Under the pieces are notes generated by a model. The model saw only the letters and a program-made list of their open reading frames with translations. It did no database searches and was not told the origin of the DNA. A stretch of 64,000 nt of DNA, from contig JAYWIR010000066.1 in assembly GCA_036172245.1 (NCBI GenBank), positions 434,001 through 498,000 of the forward strand. The letters run 5' to 3'. Below, piece by piece: positions 63,871-64,000 of the stretch; the first letter of the stretch is position 1; each line of letters starts with the position of its first letter. This DNA comes from Raillietiella orientalis (Eukaryota). A program made the position numbers and the translations under genes.

Positions 63871-64000
63871 AAGGTGGTGTAGCATGTTGTCTTGTTCGTT
63901 CCTGTTAACGTGTTTTATTAAGGGTGACTCGTGTAACGATACTCGAAGGTATCCACCATTCTTTAAGATGTATGTCGAACATACTCTCCATCCCAGCTGC

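Noticed and set aside
1..64000. CRISPR arrays, tRNA, rRNA or snRNA genes
   Set aside because: No regularly spaced repeat-spacer array or recognisable RNA gene was seen by eye; a covariance-model scan was not possible.

Overview
Eukaryotic genomic DNA, most likely an arthropod (Stoned-A plus PRDM10, many 44-55 nt GT-AG introns). Six spliced protein-coding units can be read by hand. (1,2) A stoned locus on +: Stoned-A (1184-4590, DPF motifs) is followed only 40 nt later by Stoned-B (4631-8849, NPF motifs plus mu-homology domain), the dicistronic layout known from Drosophila. (3) FANCM on - (15686-9431), ending without an ERCC4/HhH tail; its last intron is rich in hairpins and carries a duplicated 130-nt structured unit. 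(4) PRDM10 on + (~25112-33185). (5) A classical calpain on - (49923-38067, 5' exon not found). (6) ARL16 on - (57078-56146). AT-rich, CpG-poor blocks (stoned, FANCM, PRDM10, ARL16) alternate sharply with a GC/CpG-rich block (calpain and its flanks). Many decayed L1/Tx1-like LINE pieces, a piggyBac-like relic and nested Mutator-like MITEs are present. The most unexpected feature is a ~230 bp stop-free fragment in a calpain intron (39794-40030, -) that translates like a bacterial prophage tail tape-measure protein of the kind found in endosymbiont phages such as Wolbachia WO, i.e. a candidate horizontal transfer. All homology calls come from recalled motifs, not database searches, and exon boundaries were placed by eye.
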